A DNA stretch of 64,000 bases from the NCBI GenBank assembly GCA_943787795.1, contig CALSNU010000004.1, positions 320,001-384,000 of the forward strand, read 5' to 3'. A program made the translations under genes and the position numbers. How positions within the stretch are numbered: position 1 is the stretch's first letter; each line of letters starts with the position of its first letter. This document shows positions 29,200 through 38,011 of the stretch, piece by piece. The DNA is from an uncultured bacterium. GTDB lineage: Bacteria > Planctomycetota > UBA1135 > GCA-002686595. The notes beneath the pieces were generated by a model, which did not search any database, was not told the origin of the DNA, and saw nothing but the letters and a program-made list of their open reading frames with translations.

Positions 29200-30771
29200 A
29201 TGCGACCCCTGACGCGCGAGAGGAGACGAGAGCCACGCACGCTCCAGCACGGCCCAGCACGCCTGCCTGCGATCATCTTGGTCGGGCTGCTGGCTGCCGG
29301 GAGCGCCGCGCGCGGGAGTGACCCAGTCGAGATGGGCCCAGGCAAGATGGGCCCAGTCGAGATGGGCCCAGTCGAGATGGGCCCAGTCGAGATGGGCCCA
29401 GTCGAGATGGGCCCAGCCGAGATGAACCCAGCTGAGATGGACTCAGCCGGGAGTTCGGCAAGCGGCAGCGATCCCAGCGGCAGTCATCCCAGCGGCAGTC
29501 ATCCGGGCGGCGGTGATCTGGGCGGCGGTGATCCGGGCGGCGGTGATCCGGGCGGTAGTGATCTGGGCGGTAGTGATCTGGGCGGCAGTGCCGCCCCCCC
29601 CCACCAGGCGGCATCGACAGAGGACCCGCTGGACAAGGCTGCGGCCCGAGCGCTGCGTGAGGCGCCGCCTCGCGCGCGGATCGGGAAGATCCGCGGTGCG
29701 AGGTTCCTGTCCCGGATCGACTTCGACGATCCCGAGGCCGGCCCGCACGAATTGAGCTTCAGCGCGGCCTTCCCTGGACGCTCAAGGCTGGTGCTCTCCC
29801 GCGACAGGTGGAGCGTCGAGCGCTTCCAACTCGGCGACGCGTGGTTCGGGCTGGATCGCTCGAACGAGAGATCGGAGTCCGAGCCGAAGAGCGTCCTCCT
29901 CACCGGATCGACCCTCGACTCCGCACGCTTCGACGTCGCCATGAGGAGGACCCTCTTCTTCTGGCCAGACGCGGGCGGCCTCACCGGAGAGGGCTTCACC
30001 AGGACCGCGAAGGTCGCGGACAACGGGATCCTCATCGCCACCCTGGACCGGGAGAGCGGCCGACCCAGTGGCCTGAAGGCCTTCGGCAAGGATGGATCCG
30101 CCCAGGCCGAGTTCCGCTCGATCACCTGGCGTGAGGCCAGGGGCCGTTGGTGGCCATCACAGTTCGAGCTCCACGTGGACGGGCGGCGAGTCTGGCAAGA
30201 GACCGTGGAGAAGGTCGAGGACGGCTGGAACTTCACCGACCTGTGGTTCCTGCCCGTGGATCGCTCCAGGGGCCTCACCGGCCAGCCCAATGACGCGCGG
30301 CTTCGGATGATCCCCTCGCCGCCGGCCTGGGTCCGCGAGTCTCCCGTCTCGGCGGGCGCTGACCTCGCGGCGTGCCGCCGAGCGGGGCAAGAGGCGCTCG
30401 CCAAGGCCAAGCTCGAGCTCGGCGAACTGGGGCTCAAGGTCAGCCCTCGGTTCATCGTGATCCTGGACGACGAGCGCCGTCCAAGCGGGCTGCTGATTCA
30501 GGCGATCCGCCCCCAGGCAGGAGAGGAGCGCATCCGGGAGCTGGAGGGCTGGAGGCCGTCTGCCGCCGCCCTGACGTGGACGTTTGCTGCGGGGAGCACC
30601 CTCCCCGAGGGCGCGACCTTCGAGGCCGTGGAGAGCGCTGTCGCTTCGAGCGGCGACCCGCTGGGCCGTCCCGGCCTGGTCCTCGAAGCTGACCCGCTCA
30701 CCCCCATCACCGTCTTCCAGGCGTTCCGGGTGCCAGAGTCTGAGCTTCCCCCGTCGCCGCGGACCCCTTGA
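29200..30771 (+). CDS. Exported hypothetical protein with N-terminal pentapeptide repeats, possibly LolA-like core
   Basis: Signal-like stretch, repeats, then a beta-rich domain ending GRWWPSQF..ETVEKV. Confidence 0.6.
   Translation: MRPLTRERRREPRTLQHGPARLPAIILVGLLAAGSAARGSDPVEMGPGKMGPVEMGPVEMGPVEMGPVEMGPAEMNPAEMDSAGSSASGSDPSGSHPSGSHPGGGDLGGGDPGGGDPGGSDLGGSDLGGSAAPPHQAASTEDPLDKAAARALREAPPRARIGKIRGARFLSRIDFDDPEAGPHELSFSAAFPGRSRLVLSRDRWSVERFQLGDAWFGLDRSNERSESEPKSVLLTGSTLDSARFDVAMRRTLFFWPDAGGLTGEGFTRTAKVADNGILIATLDRESGRPSGLKAFGKDGSAQAEFRSITWREARGRWWPSQFELHVDGRRVWQETVEKVEDGWNFTDLWFLPVDRSRGLTGQPNDARLRMIPSPPAWVRESPVSAGADLAACRRAGQEALAKAKLELGELGLKVSPRFIVILDDERRPSGLLIQAIRPQAGEERIRELEGWRPSAAALTWTFAAGSTLPEGATFEAVESAVASSGDPLGRPGLVLEADPLTPITVFQAFRVPESELPPSPRTP
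29323..29589. repeat. Two in-frame 15-nt tandem arrays (PVEMG x8; DPGGG-like x8)
   Basis: CCAGTCGAGATGGGC units 29323-29442; GATCCGGGCGGCGGT-like units 29470-29589. Confidence 0.95.
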
Positions 30772-31000
30772 GAGGTCATGTGAAGCGTCCTCCTGAGTGG
30801 ACGCACGACGACCCTCCTCCGACCTGCCCGGCCTCATATGACTCACTATGAGACACTTCGTCGATCCCTTGCCCGCCTAGGATGCCGTTAGAGGACCGCG
30901 AGAGCCGTTAGGCTGCCACTCTGGACCCACGGGCGAGGGTCCGGCACGCCATTTGTTCCTCCTTGGCGTCCCCATACCTCCTCCCCCAATGGAGAAGCCC

Positions 31001-33301
31001 ATGACCTGCCGACCCAGCCGCCTGAACCGCTCCCCCCTTCGCCGAGCCCTTCGCCTCGTTGCCCTCAGCGCCGCGGGCACCCTTCTCGGACTGAGCGGGT
31101 CGCCTGCCCTCGCGGCCACGATGGAGCCAGCCTCGGTGGAGCCTGCCATGGTGGAGCCAGCCACGGTGGAGATCGCCCAGCCTGATCCTGCCCAGCGAAC
31201 GACCCAAAGATCCGCCACGTCCAGGACTTCGAGCTCCCGCTCTGCCTCCCAACGGACCACCACGCAGCGAAGCAGCCCCCAGCGGTCCCAGCGCTCGACG
31301 CCGCAGCGCACGAGCAGCCCCCGACGGACCTCCTCCTCCACGCGCTCCACGCCTTCGCGCGGGAGCTCTTCACCCACACGGACGACCTCGAGGCCCTCCA
31401 CCTCCCGACCGTCCGCGACGCCCTCACGGCCCACCTACACCCCCACCCGCACGTCCACCCCGTCCCGGACCTCCGGCTCGAACTCCGTCATCAGCGGACG
31501 GCCCGCGCCGACGCCGACGCGCACCTCCACTCCGCCTTTGAGCCGGCCCAGCTCCAGCCAGCCGCAGCCCATCGGATCCCCGGCCACGGGCTGGTCGACT
31601 CCCGGCCGCTCGAGCTCATCGGGGAGCCCCGCCACCGTCTCGACGCCGAACCGGAGCGTGCCGACGGTGATCGACTTCGGAGAGGCCGTGGTGCCCGCCC
31701 GACGTCCCTTCCCGACGCCGAGCGCATCGCCGACGCGGGCGACTGGCAGCGCTGGTCGGGGCCGTTCGCTGAACCAGCGGGTCCGGGGCCTCAGCTCGGA
31801 TGTGGACCTCGCCCGCGTTCGCGAGACCGCCGCCTCCACGCCGCGGTCGAAGGGACAGCTGAGCCACTCGGACGTGCTCTCCCGCTATCGCCCGAGCGCT
31901 GCCGCCGCGGCGCCCGCGCCGCGCTCCTCAACCTCTGGCGCCAGCACGGAGGGTTCCACCGCAGACCGGATCTCTGCGGCACGCCGCCAGGCTGCTGCTG
32001 AGTCGGCCGCCGCGCGCACCCAAGCAGCCAGGCAGCAGCAGGCGAGCCAGAACGCCGCTCGGACGCAGGCGGCGAGGACCGAGGCCGCCAATGGGGCCGC
32101 CATAGGGACCGCAGTCGACGCCGACCGGGCCACCGACCAGGCCACCGAGCAACGGATCAGAGAAGCTCGTGAGAAGGGCGCGGCCGAAGACGCCGCCGAG
32201 GACGCCGCCACCCGGGCTCGGATCGAGGCGGCTCGAAGAGATAAGGCCGCGTCCAACGAGGCGCGGACCCAGAGCGCACGCAACCAGTACAACGAACGGG
32301 TGCGAGCCGCACGGGAGTCCTCGACCGCCACCGGCGGCGGGCTCGTGGTGGACGGCGCCGGGACCGCCGCCGCCGGCGGCCAGGTCTGGGGAACCGGCTA
32401 CGGCGACACGTACTCAGGCAGCTACTACAACAACTGCTACTGGAACACCTGGGGCTCCTGCTGGTCCTTGGGGTGGTGCAACTGGTGGTGCGCCCCCACC
32501 TACTGCTGCGGCCTCTGGTGGCACTCCTACTGGTGGTCCGGCGGCTCCTGGTGCTACCCCTGGAGCTTCTACTGGTACGGCCCCTTCATCCCGAGCACCT
32601 ACTCCGTCGTGTACCAGGAGGTTGAGCCTGAGATCATCTACGTCGAGGTGCCCGCCGCCGACGAGGGGGAGGCGCTGGTTCCCGAGGCGGCGACCGTCTT
32701 CATGCCCCCGGCCAAGCCTGACCCCGCCGTGGAGCGCGAGCTCAACCGCGCCACGGGCTACTACCTGACCCAGGGTGACCGCGCCTTCCGTGACGGGCGG
32801 TACGGAGACGCCGCGCACTTCTATGCGAAGGCGCTGGAGTACTCACCGGACAGCGGGATTCTCTACCTCGTGCTCGCGGACGCTCTCTTCGCCACCGGTG
32901 ACTACCGATACGCCGCCTTCGCGATCCGCAAGGCCCTCGAGCTCGAGCCGGAGCTGGCGACCAACGTCATCGATAAGCGTGACTTCTACGCGGCCCCCGG
33001 GGACTTCGACCGTCAACTGGCCACCCTCGAGCGCTTCGTCGCGGACCATGTGATCGACGATGACGCCAGACTGGTCCTCGCTGCGAACTACCTGTTCGGG
33101 GGCCGCCCCGCCGCGGCCGTCGACCTGTTCAAGTCGCCCTTCAGCGAGAGCCTCGGGAAGAGCCGAGCCGGATCTCTCATCTTCCAGGCCGCCGAGGCCG
33201 CACAGTTCGGCGCGGTCGACGCCGCGCCCGAGGGGCTTGTGCCGGCAGAGGGTGACGCCTCCACCGCGACCCCCGCGGGGGCGCCCGAGGCGAAGGACTG
33301 A
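31001..33301 (+). CDS. Exported protein: S/T/P/R disordered region, Ala-rich helix, Trp/Cys/Tyr-rich segment, C-terminal TPR
   Basis: Signal peptide; GDRAFRDGRYGDAAHFYAKALE and LADALFATGDY TPR motifs; start could be 30989. Confidence 0.8.
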   Translation: MTCRPSRLNRSPLRRALRLVALSAAGTLLGLSGSPALAATMEPASVEPAMVEPATVEIAQPDPAQRTTQRSATSRTSSSRSASQRTTTQRSSPQRSQRSTPQRTSSPRRTSSSTRSTPSRGSSSPTRTTSRPSTSRPSATPSRPTYTPTRTSTPSRTSGSNSVISGRPAPTPTRTSTPPLSRPSSSQPQPIGSPATGWSTPGRSSSSGSPATVSTPNRSVPTVIDFGEAVVPARRPFPTPSASPTRATGSAGRGRSLNQRVRGLSSDVDLARVRETAASTPRSKGQLSHSDVLSRYRPSAAAAAPAPRSSTSGASTEGSTADRISAARRQAAAESAAARTQAARQQQASQNAARTQAARTEAANGAAIGTAVDADRATDQATEQRIREAREKGAAEDAAEDAATRARIEAARRDKAASNEARTQSARNQYNERVRAARESSTATGGGLVVDGAGTAAAGGQVWGTGYGDTYSGSYYNNCYWNTWGSCWSLGWCNWWCAPTYCCGLWWHSYWWSGGSWCYPWSFYWYGPFIPSTYSVVYQEVEPEIIYVEVPAADEGEALVPEAATVFMPPAKPDPAVERELNRATGYYLTQGDRAFRDGRYGDAAHFYAKALEYSPDSGILYLVLADALFATGDYRYAAFAIRKALELEPELATNVIDKRDFYAAPGDFDRQLATLERFVADHVIDDDARLVLAANYLFGGRPAAAVDLFKSPFSESLGKSRAGSLIFQAAEAAQFGAVDAAPEGLVPAEGDASTATPAGAPEAKD

Positions 33302-33394
33302 CCCCCAAGGCGCTCCTGCCCAGCTGAGTCCCGCCCGCTGCCGAATCCCGCCCGCTGCCGTGCCCACCAAGGCTCTACAGCGGCGAGCCCCCGC

Positions 33395-33454
33395 GGCTCA
33401 GTGCCCCCCGAGGCTCAGTGCCCCCCGAGGCTCAGCCCCTGCCGCGGCTCAGTG
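33395..33454. repeat. 17-nt tandem repeat x3.5 overlapping the galK stop
   Basis: GGCTCAGTGCCCCCCGA units. Confidence 0.9.
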
Positions 33455-34684
33455 AATCTCCCGCGGGCCCTCGTCGCCCTGGAAGAATGCGATCGGCGGG
33501 CGGCGCCCGTAGCGGCGCTCGAAGTCGCCGACAACCGCCTCCGAGACGCGCTGCTCGTCACCCGCGGCGATGAGCATGACGGCGCACCCTCCGAAGCCCG
33601 CGCCGGTGAGGCGAGCTCCAAGCGCGCCCCCCTTCGTCGCGGCCTCCACCAGCGCGTCCAGCTCCTCGCAGGAGCAGTCGTAGCGATCCCTCAGTGAGGC
33701 GTGGGTCTCGGTCATGCAGCGACCCAGCGTCTCCAGGTCACCCGAGAGGAGCGCCTCGCGCGCCACGAAGGTGCGCTCCACTTCCTCCACCACGTGCGTT
33801 GCTCGGCGCAGCAGGTCGGCGTCAAGCTCGTGACCGTTCTCCGTCAGCACCGTGCGGCTGATGTCGCGGAGGACTCGAGCGTCCGGCGCGTGGATGCGGA
33901 GCGCCTCGAACGCCGCGGCGCACTCGGTGACCCGCCGGTTGAACTCACCCCGCGCCAACAGGCGCTGGATTCCGGTATCCACGACGCCGATCGAGAGGCG
34001 CTCGAAGTCCATCGGCAAGTGCTCGAAGGTCTCATCCTTGCAGTCAAGCCAGAGCACGTGCTTGGGGCGAGCGAACCCCACCGCGTAGGGGTCCATGATC
34101 CCACACTTGACGCCCACGAAACCTCGCTCCGCGTCGAGGGCAGCCTCAACTCGCTGGACCGGATCCAGGCCGAGCCCGAGGAGCGCGTTGAGCGCGAAGG
34201 TCGTCCCGACGCAGATTGAGGCCGACGAGGAGAGGCCCGCCCCCACAGGGAGGTTGCCGCCGAACAGCACGTCGAAGCCCCCCGCGAGCTTCGCGGCCAT
34301 CGAGTCCTCGAGGCGAACCAGCGCGAGGAGAACGCCGAGCGGGTAGTCGAACCACTCGCCCCGTGGGCTCACCGGGAGCGCGGCCGCCTTGAAGCTCCCC
34401 TGGACCTCGGCAAAACGAGAAGCCATGCGGATCTCACCGTCCCCGCGCGGCCGGATCGCCACGAACGTTCCGCGGTCGATCGCGGTCGGGAGGACCGGGC
34501 CCCCGTTGTAGTCGAGGTGGCCTCCGAAGAGGTTGACTCGACCCGGGGAGAAGAACGTCCGGACCCCCTCAGTCACCCCGAAGTGCTGCTCGAACGCGGC
34601 ACGGTGGGCCCCGAGCGACTCGCCCAGGTCCGAGGCAACGGATTCCCCGAGGGAGGGGGCGGAAAGCGTGGGCAGGGTCGACAT
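33449..34684 (-). CDS. galK: Galactokinase
   Basis: PGRVNLFGGHLDYNGG, PVGAGLSSSAS, CGIMD, GARLTGAGFGGC. Confidence 0.95.
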   Translation of the reverse strand: MSTLPTLSAPSLGESVASDLGESLGAHRAAFEQHFGVTEGVRTFFSPGRVNLFGGHLDYNGGPVLPTAIDRGTFVAIRPRGDGEIRMASRFAEVQGSFKAAALPVSPRGEWFDYPLGVLLALVRLEDSMAAKLAGGFDVLFGGNLPVGAGLSSSASICVGTTFALNALLGLGLDPVQRVEAALDAERGFVGVKCGIMDPYAVGFARPKHVLWLDCKDETFEHLPMDFERLSIGVVDTGIQRLLARGEFNRRVTECAAAFEALRIHAPDARVLRDISRTVLTENGHELDADLLRRATHVVEEVERTFVAREALLSGDLETLGRCMTETHASLRDRYDCSCEELDALVEAATKGGALGARLTGAGFGGCAVMLIAAGDEQRVSEAVVGDFERRYGRRPPIAFFQGDEGPREIH

Positions 34685-34914
34685 GGCGGCAATGGGGAGA
34701 CTAACCCGCCCCCCGCCTCTGGCCGCCGATTATCTTCGGGGCGCCGCGGCGCCCATCTGTATCTTCGAGGCCCCACAGCGCCCACCTGAGGCCGCTCAGC
34801 GCGGGCCTGGACCCTGGGGGTAAGGTCAGGGGACCGATTGCGCCGAAGAACTCCCTGGAGGGGTTCACTCCTCCCACCGCCATGTCCCAAGCGCCCAAGA
34901 ACCGAGACCACGAG

Positions 34915-35253
34915 ATGACCCGCCCCCGACTCCGAGTCGCCCTCGCCGGCGTCCTCCTCGCTTCGGTCACCGCTTGCTCCTCGCTCGAGATCAACCGCAC
35001 GACGGAGACCTCTGGGTCGTTCAATTCGTCGGCGCGGACGTGGGTCTTCCTGGGCTGGAACATGCCGCGCCCTGCGATCCAGATCGCCCACGAGAACATC
35101 TCGGACGCAGGCCTCCCCAACACCCGCGAGACCGAGGTCTACCGGACGGATTGGGGATGGTTCAACTGGGTCCTCGAGATCTTCTCGACCCGCACCGCGT
35201 ACGTGAAGGGCACCTGGGGCTATTCGGGCGCCGAGATCCCCCCCGACCGCTGA
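34915..35253 (+). CDS. Small lipoprotein
   Basis: MTRPRLR..LASVTAC lipobox; alternative start 34882. Confidence 0.7.
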   Translation: MTRPRLRVALAGVLLASVTACSSLEINRTTETSGSFNSSARTWVFLGWNMPRPAIQIAHENISDAGLPNTRETEVYRTDWGWFNWVLEIFSTRTAYVKGTWGYSGAEIPPDR

Positions 35254-35310
35254 TCGGGCGCGACGCCGCGAACCGCCGAGGGATCGGCGGATGACCCGCA
35301 GGCGCCCCGA

Positions 35311-36462
35311 TCACTCCTTCGAGCTTGGCCCCTGAACGCGCTCCATGAGCGCCTTGGTGAAGCGTCGACTCGCTGCCCAGGTCAGGTGAGAGCCATCCCG
35401 GGTCTCGTACCGGCTCAGGTCCTCGGACGGCGCCACGCCCGCGGGCAGGCCCTCCGCCTGAAACTGGTAGTAAGGGACACCCGCGGCGGCGGCGATCGCC
35501 TCGAGCCGCGCGTCAGGCACAAACTCGCGCTCCACCGCGAGCACGCTGGGCGACACCGGGAAGCGGACGCAGCGCACGTCGACGCCGCGCGCGACGAGCT
35601 CGCGGAGCTTCTCCACGACGATCGCCTCGGCGGCCGCGCGCTCCTCCTCGGTGATGACCTCGAGGGTGATCCGGCACGCGTTCACCAGCTTGTCCGCGTC
35701 GGCGACCTCGAACCACTCCCTGTGCCAGCGGCGCGTCGCCAGCGTCCGGATGCTCTCCGTCCTGAAGTAGTTCAGCCGTTCGCGAACAACGCGGTCGAGC
35801 TGATGCGTCCCCCCCTCGCTCCGCCGCGTCGTCTCCCGGAGGACCTTGCGGAAGCTGGAGAGGTGCGTGTCCACGATGAACGGTGCGTACCCCTCCTCGA
35901 TGAGCCGCGCCCTCTCCTCATCCACCCAGATCCCGAGGGCGCTCTCCAGGGAGAGGGGCTCGAAGACCGGCGGGGGGGTCATGAGCGACGCGCGCATGAC
36001 CGGGTTGGTCTTGGCGCCGAGGGTCGAGGGTGAGAGCGCCACGACCAGCCGCTCCGCGGGGAGGTCCATGATCGCAGGGAGCAGAATGGAGAGGTCCGCG
36101 TTGGGGCCCCAGATCAACCCGACGCTGTCCTCTCCCGCCCGCCGAACGACGTCGAGATCCGTGTCGTCGTAGACGCGGCTATCCCCCACGAATAGCAGCT
36201 CGGCCGACTGAACGTCCTGCTTGGCGTAGAAGGGGCCCAGGTTAGGCCCAGCCCAGTAGATGACCCCGTCGAAGCGGTTGGGGTGCATGATCGGCTCGGG
36301 GAGTCGAGACACCGCGAGGGCCTGCCAGCCGATCAGCCCCAGGGCCGCCAGCACGATCGTCGCGATGAGCGGGGCCCAGGACTGCGCCTGCCTCACCCGC
36401 GCGACAGTGCCGTCTGGATCCATGCCAGGCCAGACGCTCTCTTCCATGTCATGCCCCGCCAT
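35311..36462 (-). CDS. SGNH-like membrane-anchored O-acyltransferase partner (AlgJ/PatB/DltD-like)
   Basis: N-terminal TM; LFVGDSR and RDGSHL motifs; coupled to the MBOAT gene. Confidence 0.7.
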   Translation of the reverse strand: MAGHDMEESVWPGMDPDGTVARVRQAQSWAPLIATIVLAALGLIGWQALAVSRLPEPIMHPNRFDGVIYWAGPNLGPFYAKQDVQSAELLFVGDSRVYDDTDLDVVRRAGEDSVGLIWGPNADLSILLPAIMDLPAERLVVALSPSTLGAKTNPVMRASLMTPPPVFEPLSLESALGIWVDEERARLIEEGYAPFIVDTHLSSFRKVLRETTRRSEGGTHQLDRVVRERLNYFRTESIRTLATRRWHREWFEVADADKLVNACRITLEVITEEERAAAEAIVVEKLRELVARGVDVRCVRFPVSPSVLAVEREFVPDARLEAIAAAAGVPYYQFQAEGLPAGVAPSEDLSRYETRDGSHLTWAASRRFTKALMERVQGPSSKE

Positions 36463-37913
36463 CAGAACTGGAAGTAGAAGAAGTCCGCGGTGTCGGTCCG
36501 GCGCACGACAACGAGCGCCACGATCATCACCGCAGCAGCGAGCACCCGGTGCCAGGGCCGCTCACGCCAGGCGAACCACTCCCGAAGGAGCTGGGTCACG
36601 TGCATGAGCACGATCGGCAGCACCAGCAGCAGATGGCGGGCCTCCGCGAAGACCTCCCACCCCATCCCCTCCTGGAAGGGGACGATGTAGGCGATCCGCC
36701 AGACCTCGAACACCGACGCCACGTCCGGGGCGCGGAAGAAGACCCAGTTCGACTGCATGAAGACGTTCATCAGGAGGATGATCCAGATGCGCTTCGTGAT
36801 GGCCGCGGGCCCCTTCGGCCGGTCGAATGGCCACCCGCGGGCGCGCCGCCCGCCGTTGAAGGTGTTGACCCACCATCGGTTCACCACCACCCCGATGCCG
36901 TGGTAGAGCCCGAACATCACGAACGTCCAGGCTGCACCGTGCCACACGCCGGCCAGGACCATGGTCGTGAGCATGGCCGTGTACTGACGGCCACCGCCGC
37001 CCTTCTTCGCCCAGAGGGGCAGGTAGACGTAGTCGCGCAGCCAGCTCGACAGGGTCATGTGCCAGCGCACCCAGAGCTCCTGGGGGCCGCGCGAGATATA
37101 CGGATAGAGGAAGTTCCTCGGGAAGCGCATGCCCAGCAGGCACGCCAGGCCGATCGCCAGACACGAGTACCCGGCGAAGTCCGCGAAGACCATGCAGCCC
37201 AGGTAGACCAGCGACAGCCAGACGTGGGCGGGCGTCGCCTGGCCCGACGGGATCATCGCGAAGATCCGGTCGATCTCCGGCGCCAGGTTGTCGGCGACGA
37301 CGATCTTCGTGAAGAGGCCCCAGACGATCAGGTAGAGGCCGTTCTGGATCCGCCAAGGGGAGGGCCAGTGACGCCGCTGGAACTGCGGGAGGAGCTCCTG
37401 GGCCCGCACGATCGGACCGGCGACCAGCTGCGGGAAGAACGCCACGAACAGAAAGAAGTCGCGGAAGGACTTCGCCGGCGCGAGCCGCCCTCGATAGATG
37501 TCGATCGAGTAGCTGAGCGTCTGGAAGGTGTAGAAGCTGATCCCCACCGGCACGACCCAGGGGATCGCGGTGTTGATCCCCTGCACGCCCAGCGCGTCCG
37601 CGATCGTGTCGAGGTTCTCCAGCGCGAAGTGGCCGTACTTGAAGTACCCGAGGAGCCCCAGATTCGTGCACAGGCTGACCAGGAGCCACCGGGTACGCGC
37701 GCCGTCGCTCTTGGCCGCGTGAATCCGCCCGCCGGCGGCGTAGTCCACGACCGCAGAGATCAGGATCAGCGGCAGGTAATACGGGCTCCACCAGGCATAG
37801 AAGACGAGGCTCGAGACGAGCGCGGCGGTCTTCGCCCAGGAGAATGGCAGCCTCCACCAGAGGAGCCACGAGAGCCCGAAGAGGAGCCAGAAGGTGCCGG
37901 AGTCAAATGACAT
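36462..37913 (-). CDS. MBOAT O-acyltransferase (AlgI/PatA-like)
   Basis: PVGISFYTFQ, FFPQLVAGPI, DFAGYS, WHMTLSSWLRDYVY, GVWHGA, FFYFQF. Confidence 0.95.
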   Translation of the reverse strand: MSFDSGTFWLLFGLSWLLWWRLPFSWAKTAALVSSLVFYAWWSPYYLPLILISAVVDYAAGGRIHAAKSDGARTRWLLVSLCTNLGLLGYFKYGHFALENLDTIADALGVQGINTAIPWVVPVGISFYTFQTLSYSIDIYRGRLAPAKSFRDFFLFVAFFPQLVAGPIVRAQELLPQFQRRHWPSPWRIQNGLYLIVWGLFTKIVVADNLAPEIDRIFAMIPSGQATPAHVWLSLVYLGCMVFADFAGYSCLAIGLACLLGMRFPRNFLYPYISRGPQELWVRWHMTLSSWLRDYVYLPLWAKKGGGGRQYTAMLTTMVLAGVWHGAAWTFVMFGLYHGIGVVVNRWWVNTFNGGRRARGWPFDRPKGPAAITKRIWIILLMNVFMQSNWVFFRAPDVASVFEVWRIAYIVPFQEGMGWEVFAEARHLLLVLPIVLMHVTQLLREWFAWRERPWHRVLAAAVMIVALVVVRRTDTADFFYFQF

Positions 37914-38011
37914 GGGAGGTGTCGCCTCAAGAGCCTACCCCGCGGTGGGACCAGAGGAACGCGCGCGGCGGCAGAGTCTGACGGGCCAGGTGGGATCCCG
38001 CCCGGAGACGA

